Below the pieces are notes generated by a model. The model was not told the origin of the DNA, did no database searches, and worked only from the letters and a program-made list of their open reading frames with translations. Below are positions 11,301 to 19,832 of a DNA stretch of 64,000 bases, piece by piece. The stretch covers positions 1,734 through 65,733 of the forward strand of contig JANYIG010000196.1 in the NCBI GenBank assembly GCA_025358765.1, read 5' to 3'. The DNA comes from Candidatus Kapaibacterium sp. (GTDB lineage: Bacteria > Bacteroidota > Ignavibacteria > Kapaibacteriales > UBA4661). How positions within the stretch are numbered: the first letter of the stretch is position 1; every line of letters starts with the position of its first letter. Made by a program: the position numbers and the translations under genes.

Positions 11301-12899
11301 ACTGGCAGTCACAATCTTTGTGCCGTCGGGGCTGAATTCTGCGTGCATCACAGAACCGCTATGCCCGTCAAGCACAAGCGAAGGTTTATCGGAAAGCTCT
11401 TGCGGCTCCCATATCTGCGAAGCCCGCATCCATACTTGTTGAGCAGAATCTTTCTGTCCAGCAACAGCGGGAACGCGCCAAGTGTGTTTAAGCCCATTCG
11501 TTCTGCTCACGGAAGTCTGCCACGCAAGCCCAGCATTGGTGCTGTATTCAAGGCGTACTGCATCCGACGGCATAATCCCCGACCATGTTGCAAGTGTGTC
11601 TGCACCGGCATAAAATGCTTCACCGCCATTGGGAGCAGTGAGTGTGAGCGTTGGCGGACTAACCATGCTGCCTTTCCTGTATATATAGCCGCCTGTGAGG
11701 TAGATGGGCGTTGGCGCACAGGCATTGGTTTTCACATCTACCCGCCCAAATTGTCGTGAAGAGTCCTTTGGCACGAAACCAATCGTGAACGTAAATTTTT
11801 CACCCGCTTGAAGTGTGAACGGTACGTCCAGACGGCTAATGAAGAATACCGAATTATTGCTTTCAATCGCCGTCACCGTGATTGGTTGGCGTTCCGCCGT
11901 GAGCGTTACTTTTGCGCCTTGTGTATTACCGGGGGCAATATCTTTGAACGTTATGGAGCGAGGAATGGCAACGAGACGAATCAGCGAAGTTGGCGGGGCG
12001 TTATAATCTGTATTGTCCGTAATAGCTTGCGGTTGCTTATTTGCAGGATTAACGAAGGAAATCTGTGCGGTGCGGTACGCCGCACACGCGGGAACGCTTT
12101 CCCACACAATTTCACCAACGGGCGTTTTGCGGGCTTCGTGGAGAATCATGCGGTAAATCTTCACAAGGTCGTCTTTGTCCGTTACGTTCTGATGCCACGT
12201 GCCGCCTGTACGTGTTGCAATATTCTTGAGAACAGTAGGCATATCCATTCCAAGCGTTACACAATGCACCGTCACACTGTCGCGCAGCGCCGCTTTGACG
12301 ACCGCAGCTTCGGAGCCACCGCCTAAGCCATCGGTAAGGAAAACGAGGATGCGTTTATTTTTGCCGCGCCGTGCAACGTTGATCCCACCAGCCACACGGT
12401 CAAGAAACCCTTTGTCGTAGCTTGTGCCTTCCATTGGGTGCAAGCTGTAGGCGGCAGAGAGCAAGCGGAAACGGTCATGCGTAAAATCTTGGTTAAAATA
12501 AGCCTTGTCGTCGAAGCTGGATAAGGCACATTCGGAATCATCAAGCGACATAGCCTCAATCCACGCCGCAGCGCTGGTGCGGGCGATGTCAATGCGGTCG
12601 TTTTGCACCATTGAACCCGACACGTCCACTGTCAGCACAGCTGATAGCGCCTGCTCTGGTTCAGCTGAAGGCATAATAACATTTTTGATGAACCGTCGTA
12701 CACCGTTCTCCGTTACCGTGAAATCACGCACCGCAACCGTTCGCAATGAACGCCCATTGCTATCGAGCGCATAAAACTTTGCACGTACAAGCGGAAAATC
12801 CGATGCGTCAGCATCGAACACAGTGAATGATTGTGCTTGCGCCGCCGTAGGAAGCACACAAACACAAACTATCAAGAGAATACGGTAGAAATATAGCAT
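8385..12899 (-). CDS. Giant secreted multidomain protein: vWA + Ig-like (choice-of-anchor-D-like) + WD40 propeller + Ig-like + two OmpA-like peptidoglycan-binding domains
   Basis: A signal peptide begins at the internal Met ([23 protein letters not shown]). A vWA MIDAS motif is present (LTVDVSGSM ... ILVFLTDG). WD40 repeats are clear ([93 protein letters not shown]). There are two OmpA-like modules ([13 protein letters not shown]...[11 protein letters not shown] and [25 protein letters not shown]). The track ORF extends to 12977. Confidence 0.8.
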   Translation of the reverse strand: [1504 protein letters not shown]

Positions 12900-13029
12900 A
12901 GTCACAGTATCAAGTGGGTTGTCATAATGTACTGCTTTGTGGTGGGGAAAGTTACAAATTTTTTCTTCGTTTTTCACATTCTTCTTGACAGTAAGAAGTG
13001 AATTATGTAGTTTCGCTCAAAGTGAAACA

Positions 13030-13045
13030 TTTGAAAATTTTCAAA
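13030..13045. promoter_or_regulatory. Perfect 16-bp palindrome TTTGAAAATTTTCAAA in a divergent promoter region (candidate operator)
   Basis: It was read directly from the sequence. It lies between the divergently transcribed giant vWA-WD40 gene and the KAS III-like gene. The flanks gaaac/gttcc extend the symmetry imperfectly. Confidence 0.3.
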
Positions 13046-13105
13046 CGTTCCGAAGTCCTCACACGCATCAAAACTCCCCGCTCAATTCAATTATTATGAA
13101 ACGCC

Positions 13106-14113
13106 ATGAACCATAATCGTAATGCCGTCCTCCGCTCAACAGGGAGTTATGCGCCGGAGCGCATTTTGACCAATCAATACTTCAACGACCTTCTTGGGGA
13201 AGATGTTAGTACCTGGCTCGAAACCAATGTGAACATCTACGAACGCCATTGGTGCGCTGACGATGAATCTACGGCAGATTTGTGTGTTCATGCCGCTCAA
13301 AAAGCGCTCCAGAAGGCAGCAGTAACGGCGGATATGCTGGATTTGCTCATCATCGCCACCGACACGCCCGAATACATCTCGCCCTCAACGGCATCGGTCG
13401 TGCAGCACAGATTAGGTGCTACACGTGCTGGAACCTTCGATATCAACACCGCTTGTGCTGGATTTGTAACTGCGATGGATATTGCCACGAAATACATCCG
13501 TAGCGACGAACGCTATACAAATGTTTTGGTTGTTGGTGCCTACGCGATGAGTAAATATCTTGATATGAAGGATAAAAAAACAGTCACACTTTTTGCCGAT
13601 GGTGCAGGCGCGGCGCTTCTGAGTGCTGAAATGTCCGATGCCCCAAACCCGCGTGGATACATCACGAGCGAACTCCACACGCAAGGGCAGTATCACGATT
13701 GGATGGGCGTATATGCGGGTGGGACGCATCAGCCCATCACCGATGCAACCCTCGCGCACAACGACCATCTGCTTCGCTTTGCAAAAAAACTCCCCAAAGA
13801 ACTTAACCCGGAACTTTGGACACAAATGATTCTGGATATGACTTGTCGTGCGGGATTGACACCACAAGACGTGCAGCATTACTTTTTTACCCAAATCAAT
13901 ATTAACAGCATCCGCGAGACCGTAGAACGTCTGAATGTGCCGTTTGACCGCACCCACAATATCATGCACAAATTCGGTTATACCGGTTCAGCCTGCATCC
14001 CAATGGCATTGGACGACGCTTCTGGCAACGGCAAGCTCCAAAGCGGCGATGTGGCTTGTTTTGTGGGTTCTGGTGGCGGATTGTCGTTTGCCGGCTCGCT
14101 TTTTCGGTTGTAA
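13106..14113 (+). CDS. KAS III (FabH)-like thiolase-fold protein with non-canonical active site
   Basis: The full-length FabH-like layout is present: the nucleophile motif NTACAGF (Cys117) and the C-terminal GSGGGLSFAGSLFRL. The positions aligned with E. coli FabH His244 and Asn274 read Thr262 (FFTQIN versus PHQAN) and Tyr292 (GYTGSA versus GNTSAA). Confidence 0.8.
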   Translation: MNHNRNAVLRSTGSYAPERILTNQYFNDLLGEDVSTWLETNVNIYERHWCADDESTADLCVHAAQKALQKAAVTADMLDLLIIATDTPEYISPSTASVVQHRLGATRAGTFDINTACAGFVTAMDIATKYIRSDERYTNVLVVGAYAMSKYLDMKDKKTVTLFADGAGAALLSAEMSDAPNPRGYITSELHTQGQYHDWMGVYAGGTHQPITDATLAHNDHLLRFAKKLPKELNPELWTQMILDMTCRAGLTPQDVQHYFFTQININSIRETVERLNVPFDRTHNIMHKFGYTGSACIPMALDDASGNGKLQSGDVACFVGSGGGLSFAGSLFRL

Positions 14114-14172
14114 TTCTTTATTGCCTATAGTTCGCCTTCGTCTTTTTATCTCATTCCTTTGTTCCAACAACA

Positions 14173-15438
14173 ATGATACATCCTTCGTTGCCCGAAACGT
14201 CCGCTCAAGCCCGAATCCCAGCGTATGCGTGGTATGTGTTAGGTTTGTTCTGCGCGGTATATATCATGAATTTCCTTGACCGAACGCTGATGTTTATTCT
14301 ATTTGCGCCCATTAAGCGCGAATTGATTTTTTCCGATCTACAGTTGGCACTGTTAGGCTCCACGTCGTTTGCGATTTTCTACACGGCGCTTGGCATCCCG
14401 TTCGGTCGCCTTGCCGACCGTACAACACGCAAAAATATGATTGCAGGAGGACTGGTGGTTTGGAGCGTATTTTCAGGTTTGACGGGTGTTGCAACAGATT
14501 TTTGGACGATGTTTGGTTGTCGCGTGATGGTGGGCATTGGCGAGGCAACGCTTGGTCCGGCAGCGCTTTCAATATTGAGTGATTATTTTCCGCTTAAACG
14601 CCGCGCGACGGCTCAATCCCTGTATTCGGCGGGCATACCGATTGGTGCGGCAGCGGCGTTTTTTCTGGGCGGGGTGCTAAACGATTCCGTTGGGTGGCGT
14701 TGGACGTTCTATCTGCTCAGTTTTCCGGGTATTGTGCTGGCATCATTGGTGTGGTTTGTGCGTGAGCCTGTGCGCGGCATCACGGAAAGTGCTTCGACTA
14801 CCAAACATGCTTCAAATCACGATTGGCGAATACTTATTAAGACCCCATCGTTGTATTTTCATACGTTTGGGTATGCGTTTGCAGCCATAGCCTCGAACAG
14901 CCTCAGTTTGTGGATTCCGACGCTTTTTAATCGTGCTTACAATATGCCGTTAAAAGATTTTGGTGTGATGGCAGGGATTTCATCGCTCATTGCGGGCGGC
15001 GTGGCAACAGCGTTTGGTGGTGCGATTGCGGATAAATTCCGCGAGCATAATAATGGCGGTCGCATGAAGTTTACCGCTCTTTGCATCGTGTTTTGTGCAC
15101 CACTTTGGCTCACGCTCTTACTGTCGGATAATATGACGCTGATGATCGGCGCGTATTTCCTGCTTTCGGGGTTGAACCTGATTTGGCTTGGTCCGGCAGC
15201 GGCAGACATGCACGACGTTGTGGGACCCAATCTGCGTGGATTGGGCATTGGGGTATATTTTTTTGTGGTAGGAATCATCGGCTACGGCATTGCCCCGCCG
15301 ATTGTGGGCAAGGTCAGCGATCTGCTCGGTGCAATGCAAAACCCGCATCAAATGACCTACGCTCTGTTGCTCTTGCCCGCGTCGTGTATAGTAGGTGCAG
15401 TATTGCTTTGGCGCGGAAGTAAAGCGTTAGATAAGTAA
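14173..15438 (+). CDS. MFS transporter, Spinster (Spns)-like subfamily
   Basis: About 12 TM segments are predicted. It has the MFS loop 2-3 motif GRLADRTTRKNMI, plus NFLDRTLM, RVMVGIGEATLGPAA, GWRWTFYL and REPVRG, which are typical of bacterial Spns-like MFS proteins. Confidence 0.8.
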   Translation: MIHPSLPETSAQARIPAYAWYVLGLFCAVYIMNFLDRTLMFILFAPIKRELIFSDLQLALLGSTSFAIFYTALGIPFGRLADRTTRKNMIAGGLVVWSVFSGLTGVATDFWTMFGCRVMVGIGEATLGPAALSILSDYFPLKRRATAQSLYSAGIPIGAAAAFFLGGVLNDSVGWRWTFYLLSFPGIVLASLVWFVREPVRGITESASTTKHASNHDWRILIKTPSLYFHTFGYAFAAIASNSLSLWIPTLFNRAYNMPLKDFGVMAGISSLIAGGVATAFGGAIADKFREHNNGGRMKFTALCIVFCAPLWLTLLLSDNMTLMIGAYFLLSGLNLIWLGPAAADMHDVVGPNLRGLGIGVYFFVVGIIGYGIAPPIVGKVSDLLGAMQNPHQMTYALLLLPASCIVGAVLLWRGSKALDK

Positions 15439-15479
15439 GAATTTTGAAATTGAGAATGAAGAGTTGAGAATACAAAAAC

Positions 15480-16991
15480 GTGAAATTTGCTATGAACAGA
15501 GATTGGATCGCTCAGTGGGCAATGTATTCGCCCAACAAAATCGTTATCAGCGAGTACGGAACAAATCGCTCGGTGACATACGGTCAATTGGACGCGCTTG
15601 GTAACTCCATAGCTGCGTGGTTCGAGAGTATCGGTGTTCGCAAAGGCGCACGGGTGGCGGTGTTGGCGGAAAACTGTTTGGAGCATTTTTTCCTTTTTGC
15701 TGCCGCGCAAAAATCCGGCATCATCATCGTTCCACTCAACTATCGGCTTTCTGCGCCGGAAGTAGATTATCTCTTGAACGATTGCACACCGCAGGTGGTG
15801 ATTGTCCAGGATAAATTTCAGCAAATGGTAGAAAGTTGCCCGCAGTACGCTTCTGTTCCGCACCGTTTTTCGCTCGAAGAGTTCACTTCCATTCAAGTTT
15901 CAGGCGATAAGAATCAATCAACAATCACAAAGCACGAAGTACCAAGTATTGAGGAACACGACCCGCTTCTTATTCTCTACACTTCAGGCACGACGGGCTT
16001 TCCGAAAGGGGCGATTTATACGCACGGCATGGCGTTTTGGAACGCTATCAACACAGCAATGCGATTGAATCTTACCGAACATGACCACACAGTGATTTTT
16101 TTACCGCTTTTTCACACAGGCGGCTGGAATGTCTTTGCTACGCCATTTCTGCACTTTGGAGCGTCGTTCGTACTAATGACATCATTTAGTGCTGAAGCTA
16201 TTTTGGAGGTACTCGAAGCTGAGAAGATGACGGTTTTGATGGGCGTTCCGACCACGCTCAAGATGCTTGTTGCTTCGCCGAAATTTGCTGATGTGCGCTT
16301 AGATACCCTCCGTTATTGTGTTGTGGGTGGCGAACCAATGCCTGTGCCGCTTATCGAGGTGTGGCATACGAAGGGGATTGCCATTCGCCAAGGCTTCGGG
16401 ATGACGGAAACGGGTCCCAATTTATTCTCGCTGCATCAAGACGATGCCACGCGCAAGATAGGCTCTATAGGGCTTCCCAACTTCTACGTGCAAACGCGGG
16501 TTGTGGATGATGACGGCAACGAGGTTTCACGTGGTGATTCGGGAGAATTGTGGATACGAGGTCCGATGAATACTCTTGGTTATTGGAATAATCCGAAGGC
16601 AACGGCGGAAAATATCACCGACGGCTGGCTCCACACGGGCGACATCGTTCGGCAAGACGAGGAAGGTTATTTTTTTGTGATGGACAGGAAAAAGAACATG
16701 TATATCTCCGGCGGAGAGAACGTGTATCCGGCGGAAGTAGAAAAATTCCTCCACACGCATCCTGCTGTCGCGGAAGCAGCAATAATCGGCGTTGCAGACG
16801 AGCGATGGGGTGAAGTTGGCAAGGCATTCGTCGTCCTGAAACCCGGTATTACGGCAAGTGCAGAGGAAATCCTTGCGTTTTGTCAGGGCAACCTCGCCAA
16901 GTTCAAAATTCCCCGTTCGGTCTCATTTTTGCCCGTCCTCCCGAAAAATGATGCGGGTAAAATCAATCGGATTGCGCTCCGAAGTACGTAA
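15480..16991 (+). CDS. AMP-dependent acyl-CoA (fatty-acid) ligase
   Basis: Adenylate-forming motifs are present: LYTSGTTGFPKG, GFGMTETG, TGDIVRQDEEGYFFVMDRKKNMYISGGENVYPAEVE, and LPKNDAGKI. The start is either GTG at 15480 or ATG at 15492. Confidence 0.85.
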   Translation: MKFAMNRDWIAQWAMYSPNKIVISEYGTNRSVTYGQLDALGNSIAAWFESIGVRKGARVAVLAENCLEHFFLFAAAQKSGIIIVPLNYRLSAPEVDYLLNDCTPQVVIVQDKFQQMVESCPQYASVPHRFSLEEFTSIQVSGDKNQSTITKHEVPSIEEHDPLLILYTSGTTGFPKGAIYTHGMAFWNAINTAMRLNLTEHDHTVIFLPLFHTGGWNVFATPFLHFGASFVLMTSFSAEAILEVLEAEKMTVLMGVPTTLKMLVASPKFADVRLDTLRYCVVGGEPMPVPLIEVWHTKGIAIRQGFGMTETGPNLFSLHQDDATRKIGSIGLPNFYVQTRVVDDDGNEVSRGDSGELWIRGPMNTLGYWNNPKATAENITDGWLHTGDIVRQDEEGYFFVMDRKKNMYISGGENVYPAEVEKFLHTHPAVAEAAIIGVADERWGEVGKAFVVLKPGITASAEEILAFCQGNLAKFKIPRSVSFLPVLPKNDAGKINRIALRST

Positions 16992-17097
16992 GAAGGTTTC
17001 AATTTTAAGTCAACAAGTACCCCAATTGTCAATACTTTATTGTCAGTTGTCCATTTATTCATTATCCACAAACAATTGCTCTCTGGAGGAGTGTGTT

Positions 17098-19800
17098 ATG
17101 AAACGTTTGTACGCAACAGCAGTTCTACTGCTGATTCTGGGTGTTTCTTGTGTGTTTGCACAAGGCGGCGAAATCAAGGGGATGGTCTCCGACCAACTCT
17201 CGAAGACTGGATTATCGGGTGTGACGGTAAGCGTTCAAGGAAGTAAATTTGGTGCTACAACAAGCCCCAAAGGGCAATACAGCATCAAAGGTGTTCCAGC
17301 AGGCGCATACACGGTACAGGCATCGTACATTGGCTATAACCGCTTCACAGCGCAAGTAACCGTGCGCGATGGCGAAGCGGCAACACTTGACATCACTATG
17401 AGTGCTGGTGCTGTGCGGCTCGAAGATTTGGTGGTAGTTTCCACGTCGCGTAAAGCAGAAAAAATCACGGAATCACCAGCAACAATTCAGGCTATTCGCG
17501 GCGTGGATATTGAAAACATGCCGATTATCGGACAGGCATTGATGAACGTGCGCGGTGTGGATATTGTGCGCTCAGGAGTGGACGGTATCGGCTTTAATGC
17601 TCGCGGCTTTAACAGTGCGTTCAACACGAAGATTTTGGCAATGAACGACGGTAGATTTTCGACACTGCCGGGTAACGGTCTGCCTAACGGCAATTTGAAC
17701 ACGAACATCAAAGAGGACATTGAGCAAATTGAGTTAATTTTGGGTCCCTCCTCGGCGCTCTACGGTCCAAACGCACACAACGGCATTATCAACACCATCA
17801 GCAAAGACCCACGCACCTCGCAGGGCACGACAGTAGCAATTAATGGCGGAATGCAGAGTTACTTCAGCGCCCGCGCTCGTCATGCTGGTGTGCTGGGCAA
17901 TTTTGCTTTTAAAGCGTCGTTCGAGTATAATATTGCGAAGGATTTCGAGTTTATTGATACGGTCTATGGCATAAGCGTTGCGGGCTTAAACAACGCCTTT
18001 CCAAGCCGCGCACAGCAGTTGCCGGGCGGAACGTTTGGCGCTGTCTCGCCTACATACACGGGCGTTGCGGAGTTCCAACCCAATTTCGACATCAAACACA
18101 TCCGCTTTGAGGCAACAGGCATCTACACGTTGGCAGAAAACGCTGACTTGTACTTTTCCTACGGACGCAGTGACAACTGGGGGCTTGGTCCGACAAACCC
18201 GGGCAGAAATTACATTAACGGTTGGGCATTTCAATACGCGCAGATGAAGTTTGTTTCGCCGCGCTTTTTTGCTCAGGCGTACTACACGTGGAATAATTCC
18301 GGCAGCACCTATCCAGTGCAGAATGTGACTCGTCTTATGAACCGTACGCCTATTTTCGGTCCTACATATGATCCGATTCTGAGCAAGGTAAACGCTGGTA
18401 CGGTTACGTTTGACGAGGCAATACAGGCATCGAAGTTTGTGGAAAAATCAGGCAGATGGAATGCCGAAGCGCAATACAATGACAGCTTCGCAGGTTTTAA
18501 TATTGTGCTTGGGGTGAACTATCAGCTTGATGTGCCGTTAAGTGAAGGCACGTACTTGAGTGATGTGCTGGTAAACGGTGCACGCCGCACCATTCCAAGT
18601 ATCTTGCAAATCGGCGGCGCTATCCAAATTGAGCGAGAGATAGTAGATAACTTGAAATTCGTCCTTGCTGGGCGTTTGGACAAACACGATAACTTTGGCA
18701 CGTTCGGAGCACCCAAAGCCGCATTGGTCTATAAAATCGGTGAAGGTTCGCTCCGTGCTACTTACGGTCGCGGAGTGAATACACCGACAATCCTCAATCA
18801 GGAAATACTCATTCCTGCCGGTGGTACAGCTGCCTTGCCGTTTGTATTGCGTGGCAATGGCAAAGGTTTTACACTTGCCGATGGTACAGTGTTTGAACCG
18901 TTACGCCCCGAAATTATTGACACGTACGAAATCGGTTACAAAGGGCTTATAGCAGAACGATTTTATGTGGACATCAATGCTTATTACGGGGCATCGAAGG
19001 ATTTCATTAGCCCTAATATCGTACTTGGTGTTGCTAATACTGGATTTGGTACTGCACCCGCAGGAACCATAACTGCTGGTAATGCTACTGCTGCGTTTCC
19101 GGGTGCTTCCTCAGCACAAGAATTTGTACTCAGCTATATAAACTACGGTCAAGTGAATGCATATGGCGTGGACGTGGGCGTAAATTACTTTTTGTCCGAT
19201 AATGTCAACGTAAGCCTTAATTATTCGTGGTTTGGCTCCGACCTTGACGTTACCAAACGTGATGCAAGCAAACAATATGTGCAAACTGCTGCCGAAAAAG
19301 CTGCAGGTACGGCGGCACCGAATAAACTCATTTGGGATGTGACTAACGATCGATATGTAAGCCCAGGCGAAATTAGCTTGAATACGCCAACACACAAAGG
19401 CTCAGTATCCCTCAATGCAAAAAAATTGCTCGACGGCAAATTATTTGGTTCGCTTGGTGTACGTTTTATTTCAGCCTACACTTTTGTTTCCGGCGTACAC
19501 TATGCTGGGGATGCTCTGCCTGGACAGCAGCTTGATCAGCGTACGTTTGTGCCGCGTGATGCAACGCAGCCACTGAGTGCCACAAATCCTCTTTTGGCAT
19601 CGTTTAACATCAACCGCGGCGCATTAGGTGGCTTTGCGACGGTGGATTTGTCGCTTGGATATAATATTTCAAGCAACCTCACTGTTTCTGTTGCTGCAAC
19701 GAATCTTTTTGGCGTTACACAGCGCGAAATGGTAGGGTCGCCGCTCATTGGGCGCTTGGTTATCGGCGAAATACGCTACACGATTCCAGCATTCTACTAA
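17098..19800 (+). CDS. TonB-dependent outer-membrane receptor with N-terminal carboxypeptidase-regulatory-like domain
   Basis: The start was moved to the Met of signal peptide MKRLYATAVLLLILGVSCVFAQG, which is preceded by GGAGGA. It has a CarbopepD_reg-like segment (GMVSDQ...GVTVSVQG...YTVQASYIGY), a plug domain (ATIQAIRGVDIENMP...) and a beta-barrel ending in an aromatic residue (..IPAFY). The 80-codon upstream extension of the track ORF overlaps the ligase gene. Confidence 0.85.
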   Translation: MKRLYATAVLLLILGVSCVFAQGGEIKGMVSDQLSKTGLSGVTVSVQGSKFGATTSPKGQYSIKGVPAGAYTVQASYIGYNRFTAQVTVRDGEAATLDITMSAGAVRLEDLVVVSTSRKAEKITESPATIQAIRGVDIENMPIIGQALMNVRGVDIVRSGVDGIGFNARGFNSAFNTKILAMNDGRFSTLPGNGLPNGNLNTNIKEDIEQIELILGPSSALYGPNAHNGIINTISKDPRTSQGTTVAINGGMQSYFSARARHAGVLGNFAFKASFEYNIAKDFEFIDTVYGISVAGLNNAFPSRAQQLPGGTFGAVSPTYTGVAEFQPNFDIKHIRFEATGIYTLAENADLYFSYGRSDNWGLGPTNPGRNYINGWAFQYAQMKFVSPRFFAQAYYTWNNSGSTYPVQNVTRLMNRTPIFGPTYDPILSKVNAGTVTFDEAIQASKFVEKSGRWNAEAQYNDSFAGFNIVLGVNYQLDVPLSEGTYLSDVLVNGARRTIPSILQIGGAIQIEREIVDNLKFVLAGRLDKHDNFGTFGAPKAALVYKIGEGSLRATYGRGVNTPTILNQEILIPAGGTAALPFVLRGNGKGFTLADGTVFEPLRPEIIDTYEIGYKGLIAERFYVDINAYYGASKDFISPNIVLGVANTGFGTAPAGTITAGNATAAFPGASSAQEFVLSYINYGQVNAYGVDVGVNYFLSDNVNVSLNYSWFGSDLDVTKRDASKQYVQTAAEKAAGTAAPNKLIWDVTNDRYVSPGEISLNTPTHKGSVSLNAKKLLDGKLFGSLGVRFISAYTFVSGVHYAGDALPGQQLDQRTFVPRDATQPLSATNPLLASFNINRGALGGFATVDLSLGYNISSNLTVSVAATNLFGVTQREMVGSPLIGRLVIGEIRYTIPAFY

Positions 19801-19832
19801 ACAGCGCTTAAAAAATCGCTCAACGCTTAACC

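Noticed and set aside
16858-17097. 80-codon upstream extension of the TonB-dependent receptor ORF
   Set aside because: It overlaps the 3' end of the acyl-CoA ligase gene. The Met at 17098 begins a canonical signal peptide and is preceded by GGAGGA.
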